This document shows, one piece after another, positions 42,886-54,372 of a stretch of DNA of 64,000 bases (positions are counted from its first letter, which is position 1; each line of letters starts with the position of its first letter). The notes beneath the pieces were generated by a model. The model had not been told where the DNA came from. It did no database searches and saw nothing but the letters and a program-made list of their open reading frames with translations. Where the stretch lies: NCBI GenBank assembly GCA_965285935.1, contig OZ260665.1:44454001-44518000 (forward strand), read 5' to 3'. Position numbers and translations under genes: made by a program. This DNA comes from Ophelia neglecta (lineage: Eukaryota).

Positions 42886-45800
42886 TTTATTTATTATCCA
42901 ATTACTTAACCATGGCATAATAAGTTGGTGACCTCAAATGCAGATAAAGAAAATAGAAAAGCAGAAAAAGCGTATCATGATGTTCCCAGCTTGTGAAAAG
43001 ACTTCTGGACAAGGATTATCAACAAGATGAGGCATGGCTTCAGGCACCCGTAGATGACTTGTGTGTTATAGAGAAGACTGCCCGTGTATGTTTTAGTTAA
43101 GAATTGTACACAAATACAGAATTCAAGATAAACAATGTTATCTTTCAGTCGCTCTTGATAATGCTCTACATAACAATTAGTCTTTTTCTAATTAGACTGG
43201 TAAAGAAGAATATATGCATGAGGTCATTTGCTGAATAGGCACTAGCATTATTTTAAAGGGATATTTACTGTTCAGTGTTCACAGGTCATGGGGTCACAGG
43301 ATGAAAAGGGGAACTGTGAAGAAAGAAAACAAAAAACTGTGTTACTCAACTCCTTGCCATTTTCCGACATAGAAAATACTTGATTCTGAATGCAGCACTG
43401 AGGCTACTCAGCTCAGCAGTACCATTTCTCATGAAGGTGTGTAAATAATTTGTTAATATAGTTTTATGAATAAGTTGTATTGTCCAAATTCAAAACTAAG
43501 AACTAGTCAAATTCCTTTCCCTTAAGGAGGACTTCTCTGTTTTAGAAAGACTTCTAAATGCAAGCTTGAAGTCAGCACAGGAAAGTAAAACTGCAACCCT
43601 TTATGAGGTGAGTTATGACTGATGATAAAGTAAATGCAAGATTGATTCAGATAAGAGATGCACAAAAAGTGTTAAAATTGATCTTCAAGTTTTTGGATGT
43701 GCTTTATTGTAGAAAGTGACAATGGATTAAAGTGCACTTTGAGGCACCAGCATACATCTGATTGCTTCACTCCTAAGCTTGTGGCCACCAGCATTATCAA
43801 CAAATAATATATATTGAAAGAAACTGATAAGTATAGAAGTGGTGGAGTGCATGAGTTGCATGAAAGCTTCCAGGATATTGTGAAGCTGGCTAGGCTGCAT
43901 GGTGACAAAAAGTAGTGCATTTGTTTTAGACTTCTAAAAAGTAGTGCATGAAGTGCTGTACCCCAAATAAAGCAAATTGATATAAAGAAGTTAAATATTA
44001 ATCATACCTATAAACAACAGACTTTTTATTATTTGCAGAGGGAAGGCACTGTCAGCTGGGAACATTTCAAGTGGAAATCAGTTATTTAACATCAAGGAGG
44101 GGTTAATCATTCTCCAGAGGTCACTGAAAGAATTACCAATGCATAAATTGTGAGGAATTTTCAATATAGGTGAGTTCTGTTTTATATTATTCTGAAAATA
44201 TTTGTGGGCAGCAAACAGTGTTGAATTCAGCAACTCGGTCATATATGTTAAATTATTTGTGTTAATATAACAAAACAAATCACCACTCCAAGTTTTCTTT
44301 GCTTATCAGCAAATTTATTGCCCCCCCCCCCCCCCCCTCCAACCCTCCTCCCCCGTTGAAGGGACAAGAGGCATTATGAAGTCTGGTCATCAGTCATTAA
44401 AGTATAAACAGCTTTAAGTAAGGTACAGTTTGTGAAATTTCTTTGGTACTTCATGGGAGTAATTTTTGAAAAGGAGACTTGAACTGATGAGGTTATCGGA
44501 CCGATTGGAAAAGTTCTGCCTTGAATTCATGAAATAAGCTGCTGAGTCTCGGGGAAATCTTCCATAATAACCCCTAAAATTCATGCTGAGCAGTTATCAA
44601 TGAAAAATTGCTGCTAAGGGCTTGTCCAGAATTTATCCTTGGTTTTTTTTTTGTCAGTGGGTTGTGGGGATATTCACCTTTCTATGTCCGGGGTAGAGAG
44701 GGTCTCATGGAAGCCCTGTGTCTGAAGGAGGGTGGGTGCAGGGATAAAAAATGTGTTTGGGGGCAGAGGCTTTCTTGTTTTGAAATGATACATATTACCA
44801 CCAATCCGCCAAAAATTAACAAATATTATAGGTCAAATACCAGATTCAAAATCAAGGAGATCAGACCCAGAAATCTACTGCCATTCTCCTAATTCAGATC
44901 AAAATAACTCAGCAGTAAGTAAGGCCTGTTCAGAGATTTACTTTTTTATATTACAGTGAATTCAGATGTGATAGGCCTAACTGAATCTAAAATCCAAATG
45001 CTGCTAACAATCACTACTCATTTTAAAATAAGTTTATTTGGCGATTTTTGGAAAATTATCCCTACGATGGGCCTTGAAATACCTATAAAATAAATTTTCC
45101 CGGGGGGGGGGGGGGGGGGGGTCTGGGGGCCTATTTAGTCATGTGTCCGGGCATTGGTGGAGGTATCATTTTTAGCAAGTCTGGAGCGGCTGGGTTCAAA
45201 AATAAAATGCCACTGACCCCCCACTCCCATCACGACAATTTCTGGAAAAGCCTGAACACATCATCACTTTTCAAGGTACAGATTGATACATGTTGCTGTA
45301 AAACACTAGTATAAGTAAGACACTTGATTGATTTTCTTAATTACTTTTAAGTACAGATTTCGTATTTATGAACTTGGTTCCAAAATATTTGTTGTACGTT
45401 GTAAACATTAATTGGTGTTGATTTAAAAAAAATTATTTAATAGAATCAAGTGGTGTACATAGACAACAACAACAAAATCTACAAAAGGAAAAATTACTAA
45501 TTATTACTATTTTAAGTATTTATTCCATACTTGGGATATGTCTTTGAAGGTAACCATTGAACTGAAAACTAGAATTTATAGGTTTGAAATCTTCAACCTT
45601 GTCACAGAGCCATCACTTATCATCCTCAACAATGTTTCACTTTTTAACACACATGTACTAATTAATAACCTTTGTTTCAATTTGGAATAAAATCCTGTAA
45701 GATTTGAATTGGGCATGCCATGAATTTTCTTCATAAAAATTTCACACCATTCTCTATACCCTATTATTATTAGAAAACTCCTTTGCCCATATTTTCAATG

Positions 45801-45923
45801 TATGATCTTTTGAAATTCTTGCTTTTTAGTATTTGGTAAAATGTGCTGGGCTTTACAAAAGATATGCCATCAGTATTAACATAAGCCTTACCCAAGTGTA
45901 TAAAAACATTTTTCATCTGATAC

Positions 45924-46410
45924 CAGAGATTTTGTTACAAATTGAGATCAATGAGTCCTAGGACTCACTGAATTTATTGCAATGAGTCCTGGGAAAATTT
46001 AATGAGTCCCAGGTCACATTAATGAGTCCCATCAGAGTACTTATTCGTATTTTTAACACACGCAAGCCAATTTTTTCTTCGGAGGCATCTTTGCTGCAGT
46101 GGCTGGTGACGGCTAGCAACTGAAACGCTCCTCTATTTTCGCCCACTGCTGCTGGCCGCTCATTGGTTACGAAGTGTAGCGATCACCGTTCGTTACTTTC
46201 CGTGGGTCTCGGCCGGTATGGATGGAAAACTCCGTCATAACTTTACCTGCTTACGCATTACGGACAGGATCGTATTCAATCACCCGTACACGACGGACGC
46301 AAAGCTGGGTTTTAGAGTGCGCCGTATGGGACGCACTGCAAGAAGTTTCATGCGTTATTTCATAATTTTATGCGCCAATAACGCAGAACGCAGAGGTAAC
46401 AAAATCTCTG
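45924..46410. mobile_element. hAT-like MITE with 6-bp TSD
   Basis: Perfect 15-bp TIR CAGAGATTTTGTTAC (45924-45938 and 46396-46410). TGATAC is duplicated at 45918-45923 and 46411-46416. Four subterminal AATGAGTCC repeats. Confidence 0.88.
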
Positions 46411-46439
46411 TGATACCTAATTAACTGACCCTTATACAG

Positions 46440-48860
46440 ATTTTCATTATGGTTTTTTAAAGCAGTTGTTTTTTACCTGTAACTATTCACTGATCCAATT
46501 CATACTTGTTGTACCATGTTGTAAAAGTAGTTTTTAAGACATTCCAAAATTTATTATAGAATTTAGTTGTAAGGCCATCTGACCCAGGTGATTTGCCAAA
46601 CTTCAAATTAAATACAGCTTGATACAATTCATTGTGTGATATAGGACTTTCAATATTTATGAGATCGCAGTTATCCAGTGTTGGTGTTTCTACATGCTCA
46701 AAATAAATATTAATATTATGGGAAGTTATAGTTAGATACAATTTCTTATAGAACAGAACACATTCCTTAAGAATGCTATTGTCATCTCCAACTGTACGCC
46801 TGTCGCTAGTTATTTTAAGAATTGCATTGTGCGCTTGTCTATAGACTATTCTAAGCTACAGAAGTATTTTGCAGATATTTTACCCTTTTCACTCCAGTGT
46901 ACTTTAGATCCTATAGTAGCTCCTTCTGTCACCTCATCATATTCATCCTGAATCCTGTGTTTTCTCATGTTTTTTAATTACATCATCCAACTCCTGTTGT
47001 AACTTACATCGGCTAAACTTCTTTTCTTTACTTCTATTAACACAGTATTGTATAAAAAATTCTTTAACCTAAACCTTTATCAATTGCCTCTGATCTACCC
47101 ATTTACCCTAAGTTTCTGGACATGTTATTAATTACATTTTCAATACCATTTACATAACCTGGTTCCCCTAATACACTGGCATTCAGTTTCCAGTAACCAG
47201 GATCTTTCTTGTATAAGTGTGTGTCAAACTTTGCCAAAACCATGGTCAGGAATTAAAGGCAATTCTTGATATTCACAATTTTTGATGAGTGAATAGATTT
47301 TTTTACCAACAAATATATATACTAATGGTCAAGTCTTCTTTTGTTCCTGTTTTGCTATCAGTATATGTGAAGCAAGGTTTCCTAAAGTTTTATCACTGAT
47401 ATCTGACCTCACTGACACTACATCTATATCATCTAATAACAATCTCATAGAATTTCTACTTTTATATCTCCATGAACCAGAGCATATATCATTATCATTT
47501 AAACAGCAATAGAAATCCCCAGCCATAAACAAATTATTTATGTTTTTGAATATTTTTTTATCCATTTTCTTAAACAATGAATATAATCAGAACGTGCTTT
47601 CTCCTTATTAGGAGCATATATGCACAAAACAGAAAAAACATTGTTATCTCATTCAATATTTACCAGTAGTTTATGACCGTCTTCACTCTTACGATAGTCT
47701 ACAAGACTGCAGTAGATGCTGTTTTGGATGAGTATTGATACACCTCTACTATTGAGTAGAATCTGTTCCCCTGAGAAATATTTTTCCTTTCCAGCTACTG
47801 AAAACATATGGTACTACCTTTTTTGTGCAATATGTTTCTTCTAATAATCCAACTTTTATAGTTGGACATTTATCCATTTGAATATATTTTTACGCTTTTT
47901 GGATCTTTTACACCCCTAACATTTGGGGTAGCTATGTTAAACTCAGTCACTTTGTCTTTTTCATGCTTTAATTTACTTACCATCTTTACTTTATTGTCCC
48001 CCCTAAGTTCTGGTGTCTGGGAACCATCAATGCTCTCCCTTATTTCAGCCAAGATTTAACCCAGTACATTTTCTCCTGGCCAATACGTCAACTTGACTTG
48101 ATGGGTCTGATCAGCTGGAGCACATTTCCCCAGCACCTGTCGCTGCTAGCTTTCACTATTAACAAGTCATTCTTTCATTGCTGTACACTGGGCGACTTTG
48201 GTTGTGTAGACCTGCTTCATCGCATTTTTCTTTTGATCTTTTCATAATTGGTCTGGTTTCATGTATTTTGACATAGGTGTAGCAAAAGCTAATGACTTGG
48301 TTTTCAGTAATTCATTAGAGGCCTGCTCCTCACCTCTCTGCACTGCCTTCGAGTATTGATAGGCTTGTTCTACACTGTAAATGTTGTGCCCTAATATATT
48401 GAATTCTTCGAAATAATAGGTGGGCAATTGATCTTCTATTCCACTAATAATTTCAATAGATTCCAAGGAAGTGTTTGTTTTTGCATCACATTTGGCCGAT
48501 TTATCAAAAGCCTTGTGTCCTGGCTTGTGGCAGAGTGAGCACACTGTAACATTTTTACATTCACTTCTGAAGTGTTTATCTTCAAAGTAGTTGGTGCAGA
48601 GCTTCTGTCTCTCAAATGTAACCTGTTCTTTATGGAAAATTCTCACATCATTGTCACCAATTTTTGCATGCCTGGGCAAATGTTCTTTTAGCTTATCTAC
48701 ATATACAATCCTGTAACCATTGAACCAGTCAGACAATTTCTTTTCCATACTGCATTGTTTTGATCAGTACACCTTTCTGCTATTGGTATTGCTTAATCAG
48801 GTCTTTTCTTTGGATAAAGGTATATCTTTTACAGTTAATTTTGTGTATTTATCATTAATC
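46440..48860 (-). mobile_element. L1/Tx1-clade LINE relic: ORF1 (zinc knuckles + NADAR-like domain) and ORF2 APE endonuclease, cut off before the RT core
   Basis: ORF1: KLTVKDIPLS, LSDWFNGYRIVYV, CTNY..H...C, CSLCHKPGH. ORF2: FNIATPNVRG, EETYCT, SRGVSILI, IYAPN, AGDFYC, PDH, PGYWKLN, GATIGSKVHWSEKG, FYKKLY, KSPGSDGLTTKFYNKFW. Many stops and frameshifts. Confidence 0.88.
48035..48457 (-). pseudogene. NADAR (YbiA/DUF1768-like) domain within LINE ORF1
   Basis: One frame with four in-frame stops: ISGIEDQLPTYY..FNILGHNIYSVEQAYQYSKA...PDQL*KDQKKNAMKQVYTTKVAQC..MKE*LVNS...YWPGENVLG*ILAEIRE. Confidence 0.78.
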
Positions 48861-49893
48861 TATTTGTGTTTATTTAAGCCAGTTTTTAATTGATGAATTT
48901 TTTTTATAGAAAACAAATGTTAGGAATGATTAAGGCCATATAAAAAAGGGATTCCAAAATTCTGAATTTTGTCCAGACCCTGTTTGCTGAATTTTTTTAC
49001 AGCCCCAAAATACTGAAAATTTCCCCCAAATTCTGAATTTGCAGTTGCCTTGGCTCTCATTTCTTTATTTGTTTCCGACCCCTGATTTCTGAAACTTTTA
49101 GCACCCATTCCCTAATTCAGAATTTCTTTAAAAATTAAATGTAGTCCTATTTTCACAATCAGCCACCGCACTAGGAGTGGTAACCAGGCTCTCGTGGATA
49201 AAACAGATCAATATTTTGCATTCTAAGCACAAACATGTGGGTGGTTTTTTAGAAATATTTCTCTCAAAAAAGTGCTCTTAATATGACACAGTGTACCAAT
49301 TGACTTTTATGTAATGCAGTTGGTATTAATTAAAACATAATAATTAGGCCCTCACATTAGGAAAATCACCCCTGACTTTTGAATTTGGCATGGGAAATAA
49401 ACACCCAAATTTAATTGACATACCCTTCCCAGGAACTCTTGCTTTTTTACCCCCCTTCCCTCAAATTGTGAGTAGCTTTTCTTTAACTCCAATCTACATG
49501 TACTTTAAATGGAGTAGCCTTTAGCATTAAGTAAGTAGCAAACAGGTAGTTAAGTACATGTATTAATAAAATTTATTTTAATAAATAGATAAAGTCACAA
49601 GAAGGCATACGTTATAAAAGGAAAACCTATTTTGACCAAAGCTAATTATTAAGAGTGTTTTGGATTGGTTTTTTATATATCTTATTCTTATATCAAGAAC
49701 AGAACACACAGAAAAATTTAAATCAAACTAGCAGATCTTGTAGCTGCGCTAAAAACCAACTCCCCACTTGATGGGATTGATCCCAGAGTGTTAAGATCAT
49801 GAAGTTGTCCTAACAATATTGACGAAAATGCCTTGTTTGTTAAATATAAATATTAAATGCTTCTACTTCCAAGGGCAGTATCATATAGCAGTC

Positions 49894-50143
49894 CAGGGGT
49901 CTACACTAACTTTTTTCAGCACTTGCCCTGAGGGCAAGTAGCACCAAGAAACTAATTGCCCGCACCATAGGCTTACTGTCCCAAAAATATTTGTACATAT
50001 AAAATATACAAGATATCCAACAATCTGCGGTTTGGGGAATTTTAGCAGGTTGCCCGGCGGGAAGTTAGAAACTAAAAGCCTTGTGCCCGCAAGCAGATTT
50101 CAGGTGCCCCAGGACGTCGGGCAATAGTTAGTGTAGACCCCTG
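49894..50143. mobile_element. hAT-like MITE with 5-bp TSD
   Basis: Perfect 18-bp TIR CAGGGGTCTACACTAACT. CAGTC is duplicated at 49889-49893 and 50144-50148. Internal TTGCCC/GGGCAA repeats. Confidence 0.88.
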
Positions 50144-51159
50144 CAGTCCAACTTAATATATACCATAAATAGAGCATGGTCCACATAGTAAAGTAGTATG
50201 TTTTATAAAATCACCTTCGGTAATGGTAGCTGGCATTCTATAATAATTATCCTAATTCATATTCCATGAACATAGCCTTCACTCTCAGCTTTTGTGAGCA
50301 GATCCATCCATTGCAAATAGCTAAACCGGAGCTTACATTTACCAGTCACTAAGGGGGGCCCTTTGTGATTGATTCAACTGCCGATTTTTAGTAATAGTCT
50401 CTATAATCTTGTTTCAGTCAGCCGCTTGCTTAGGATCTAGAGGAGGATGAGGCGGCCATCAATGAGTTATATAACCAGGACCTTGAGTGATAAGATCGAC
50501 CTTTAACATGGAGTACTTAAGTGTGTCTGATTCAAGCCATGGATAGGTGTTATAACAAGATTTTATACTGGAAGCTTATAAAATTTAAAATACAGAGGGA
50601 ATGTGTGGTTCTATTGGCTGCACATTGTTATAAATTTGATGTAGTAGTAGTAGTATGTAACAAGGTTGAGTTATTAGAAAGCCTATTTATTTATATGGAA
50701 ATTGTCTTGTAAATAAATGGGTAATTATGATGATTGCACTCTTGTCACGCTCGATGTGTTGACACATGTCCTTATTGTTGAGTTTTCTCATAGAATTAAT
50801 AGGATGAGTTATGACTGAGTTGCACATGATCGTCAATTATGTGGTCACCTTAGTGTTGAAATAATTTCCAACTACTTTTAAAAACATCAACATTTTTTCG
50901 ATAAATAAAAGATCTCATATCATAAAACTGAGTATTAGACACTGAAATTACTTAAATCTCCTTGCCTCTCTGGCACAAAAACTGGCCCCATCTTTAACTC
51001 ACTAGACTTCAGTGTGAGTTGGGCAAATTTGCACAAGACTTGCACAGCTAGTGTCGGTCAATTAAACCAACTCTAGAAATGCTAGTTACTGGAGTGACAA
51101 GAGTGAAATAATCGAAAAGTCCAATGTGTACAACTGCATGCTGGGTAATCATAAGGCTA

Positions 51160-51320
51160 CCGTATTCATTCCAATAAGCACCACGGGGCGCTTAGAAATT
51201 GGAACGGAAATCTAAAAAAATCTATATGACATTTATGGACCTTCTGCTGCCCCAAAAAACTCGGTGGAGGGGGGGGGGGGGTGCTTATTAGAGCAGGGGC
51301 GCTTATTGGAATGAATACGG
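51160..51320. mobile_element. Tc1/mariner-type MITE
   Basis: Perfect TIR CCGTATTCATTCCAATAAGC with TA on both sides (51158-51159 and 51321-51322). Confidence 0.88.
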
Positions 51321-52350
51321 TATTTCTTTAATTGACCATACTTGATAAGAATTGAAGCTATATTTTTTATATTGACAAACTGTATTAAGCTCAGCTCAGT
51401 TTCCTTGGTTTTTTTGACTGTAAGGTGTTCTTTCTTTGCTTCCTTGGTTAAAGGAAATTTTCAAATACAAAAAAAATAGGTCGATTTGGGAGAGAAGAAA
51501 AAAATGGCATACACCTGGAATCGCTCTGGGGAAAAAAGAAAAGTGCTGCATAAGTTATTTCAGCAAATTAAATCATTTTGGAATTGTACCAAAATCATTC
51601 ATTTGGCTTTGAAATCCACAAAAGGATTCCATCTAAATTTGTAGATGCCTGTTGTGTTATATTTTTTATAGCATTGCATTCTACTTAAAGGCCCACAATA
51701 TTAAGTTTTCCTGGAAGATGGTTTATTTAGATACTGCTTTTTGGCAGTTCTTTTAGCAAAATTGGGGACTGTATTGCAGATAGGTATTTGGCTAGATTCA
51801 AGATTCAGAGTAGTGTTCCAGTATGGCACCTTTAATGAATGAAGGTGTCCAAAATAAAACATCCATATAGTTCTTGTATTATGAACTTTGGACTTGACAC
51901 TTATTGATTACATGGCAACTATTACAGTTTCATGCCATAGATTATGATTATAGATTTGGAATGTAGTTCATATTTTTTTGCAAACTAAATATTGAGTGCC
52001 TTTAAAAAAGAAAATTGTACTTCTAACTTTAGTAAGTACTGAGTATTCAATATATACACAAATCACAAAGAAACTTTAAAATATTTCATTAGTGATGCTT
52101 GGGACAATAGTGCAACTCCAAATCTCATATGGAGTGGACTATAGTCAGACATCAGGAAAAAAACTGACATGCCAAAAGTTTATACATGTATATCAACAGC
52201 CATGATAAGATTAACTGGAAAAGCAACAATTCATGCTTGATCAGCAATATGCTGCATATCAACTGGTTTGTAAACCAAGAAATCAAGAATGAACTGCCGA
52301 AGCATAGACTATGTGCATATCATTGCTGTTTGGGATAAAGTAAATATATA

Positions 52351-52541
52351 CTGTAAAGGCCTTATATTGTGCAGCCCTTAATGTTTGTGGTTTTAGAAAC
52401 TAAATTATCCTGCTGCCCTTAAATTTCCCATTTAAGTTGTGTCTACAATATCTCTAATTTTGGCAGGCCATCAAATTTCATGGTTTTGACCTGTGTGAAA
52501 TTCACAAAATAAAGGGCACATGACATGACAGGGTTTTACAG
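52351..52541. mobile_element. Degenerate TA-flanked MITE
   Basis: ta|CTGTAAAGGCC ... GGGTTTTACAG|ta. Confidence 0.55.
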
Positions 52542-52916
52542 TATTATATCTAAAAAAACACAATCTACCTCAAAGTGCAATTGATCATTTGTAGCCTATA
52601 AGTTTCAGGTGTAGTCTTATCAGATCATCAGCCACAGACCAAAAATCCTAAGTAAATTATATCAAAATTCAACAATTCTATAAATATCTTTAGAATAACT
52701 TATCCCAGCATCGTCCTGTGACCATTATTCTGGTAAACTGTGTCACCAAGACACTGATTATTTACCCGTCCTAGTTGGACAGTTGTATGTTAAAGTTATA
52801 GGCTACATTAGAGAAACTGGAACTTTATTCTATGTCATTGGCAAATCTTGATATGTTTTCTGTATACATGGTAATTTATCAACAAGACATTGGATTACTG
52901 GTTTTTGTGTAAAATA

Positions 52917-53141
52917 CAATAAAACCTGCCTTTAAGACCACCTCTCACTTCCAGCCACTAATGTGAATATCAAATGTTCCATTTCAGTGTATAATAACCA
53001 GTGAAAACAGACCACCCACAAAATCAGTCCACTATTTTCTAGTGCCTTGTGTGTTCTTAACTAGACCCTTGGCTGGTCTTAACTAGTCCCTCGGCTGGTC
53101 TGTAATAGTCCCTTGGTGGTTTTAATTAAGAGATTTCACTG
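52917..53141. mobile_element. Tc1/mariner-pogo type MITE (copy 2)
   Basis: ta|CAATAAAACCTGCC..AGACCACC ... internally repeated AGTCCCTTGG(C)TGGTCT ... AGATTTCACTG|ta. Confidence 0.7.
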
Positions 53142-54307
53142 TATTTCAAACTGCATGGATTGGTGAGTTTTAATCTGATGGAAATGCTCCATGTTTGGCA
53201 TTTGTCTTATTTGGTCCCAAGAGAAGGAATAAAGGGAGGACACTTTTCTTTATTATTCAGCTGCTTGGTGGGTAACAGGGCCTGTCAACCCCCTATAAGC
53301 CAGTTATAAATTTCAAACTTACAATGACTTTAATTGTTAAAATATAATTAGATTGGCTTTTCAACAACCATCCAGTCAATGGCTTTAAAATGTTTATTAG
53401 ACCATGAGTACCATAACCGTAGTATTTCAAACATTCCACTACAGTAGAAATGGATATTTTGTGATATTTATAGTATATTTGCAATCCCAAGAGATTTTGT
53501 GTCCTCCCTTTGTTACAATGTGATTGTTAAGCTACCGTAAGCTATTATTAAGGATTCATCAATCTTATTTGGTCTGCTTTAAAATGAGATATACAAGTTT
53601 TTTGATCCACAAATAGACAGGTCATTGCATTTTCAAGTTTTGACAATCTGTAGACATTGATGTTACCTGCTCCGTCATATAAGATATCTAAAGGAGTATG
53701 TTCTCCCCATGTTCTCTTCCAAAACTCACAAGTATGCAAAACACCTGCCTGTGGCTACTTTTTTTTATAGATAGCAGCAGACAGGTGTCCCACTTTCCTG
53801 TGCCCAAACTTAACATGAATAAGACCAGTGTTATCAATATTTCTACTTTCGTATACATACGTTTTACAAAATTAGGTCCTTTTACTTTTTTGTTAAGGGG
53901 TTGGAGCATGGATATGGTTGTTATTCTGAAACAATTAACTCAAAACACTTGAACTTTGTACATCTCTTCAGTTCAACAAATAATTTGTCAAAACTTGGAA
54001 TGTGCAAGCTGTATTCAGAGTGTCCGATCTTATTCGGACTTTGTATGCATAAGTAGTACATTAACCTTGTGCTCATAACCTGGGCAACTCTTCCATGATA
54101 CATGTAAAAATTGTCATTTAAAGTATATTTTGTCATATGTCTTTTTCAATTATTGTTTGGGAATAGGTGATCCTTCTTAAAATTTCTACTTAACAAATCA
54201 AAAAATGGGAACTAGAAAACCCATTCACCTGGGTGTCCACTTTTTTTTATTGCAGTTTACCAGTGGGCGTGATAAATATCACTATCAACTGTTGGCCTGT
54301 GTGAATC

Positions 54308-54372
54308 CTCGGTGGCCTACTTGATAAGGTCGCCATGCTGCTGATGCAAAGGTGGCGGGTTCAAATCTCTGG
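54308..54372 (+). mobile_element. tRNA-derived SINE head remnant
   Basis: A-box-like GGTGGCCTACTTGATAAG and B-box GGTTCAAATC at tRNA-like spacing. No complete cloverleaf. Confidence 0.45.

Noticed and set aside
54308-54372. Functional tRNA gene
   Set aside because: A/B boxes are present but there is no acceptor stem or cloverleaf; treated as a SINE relic.
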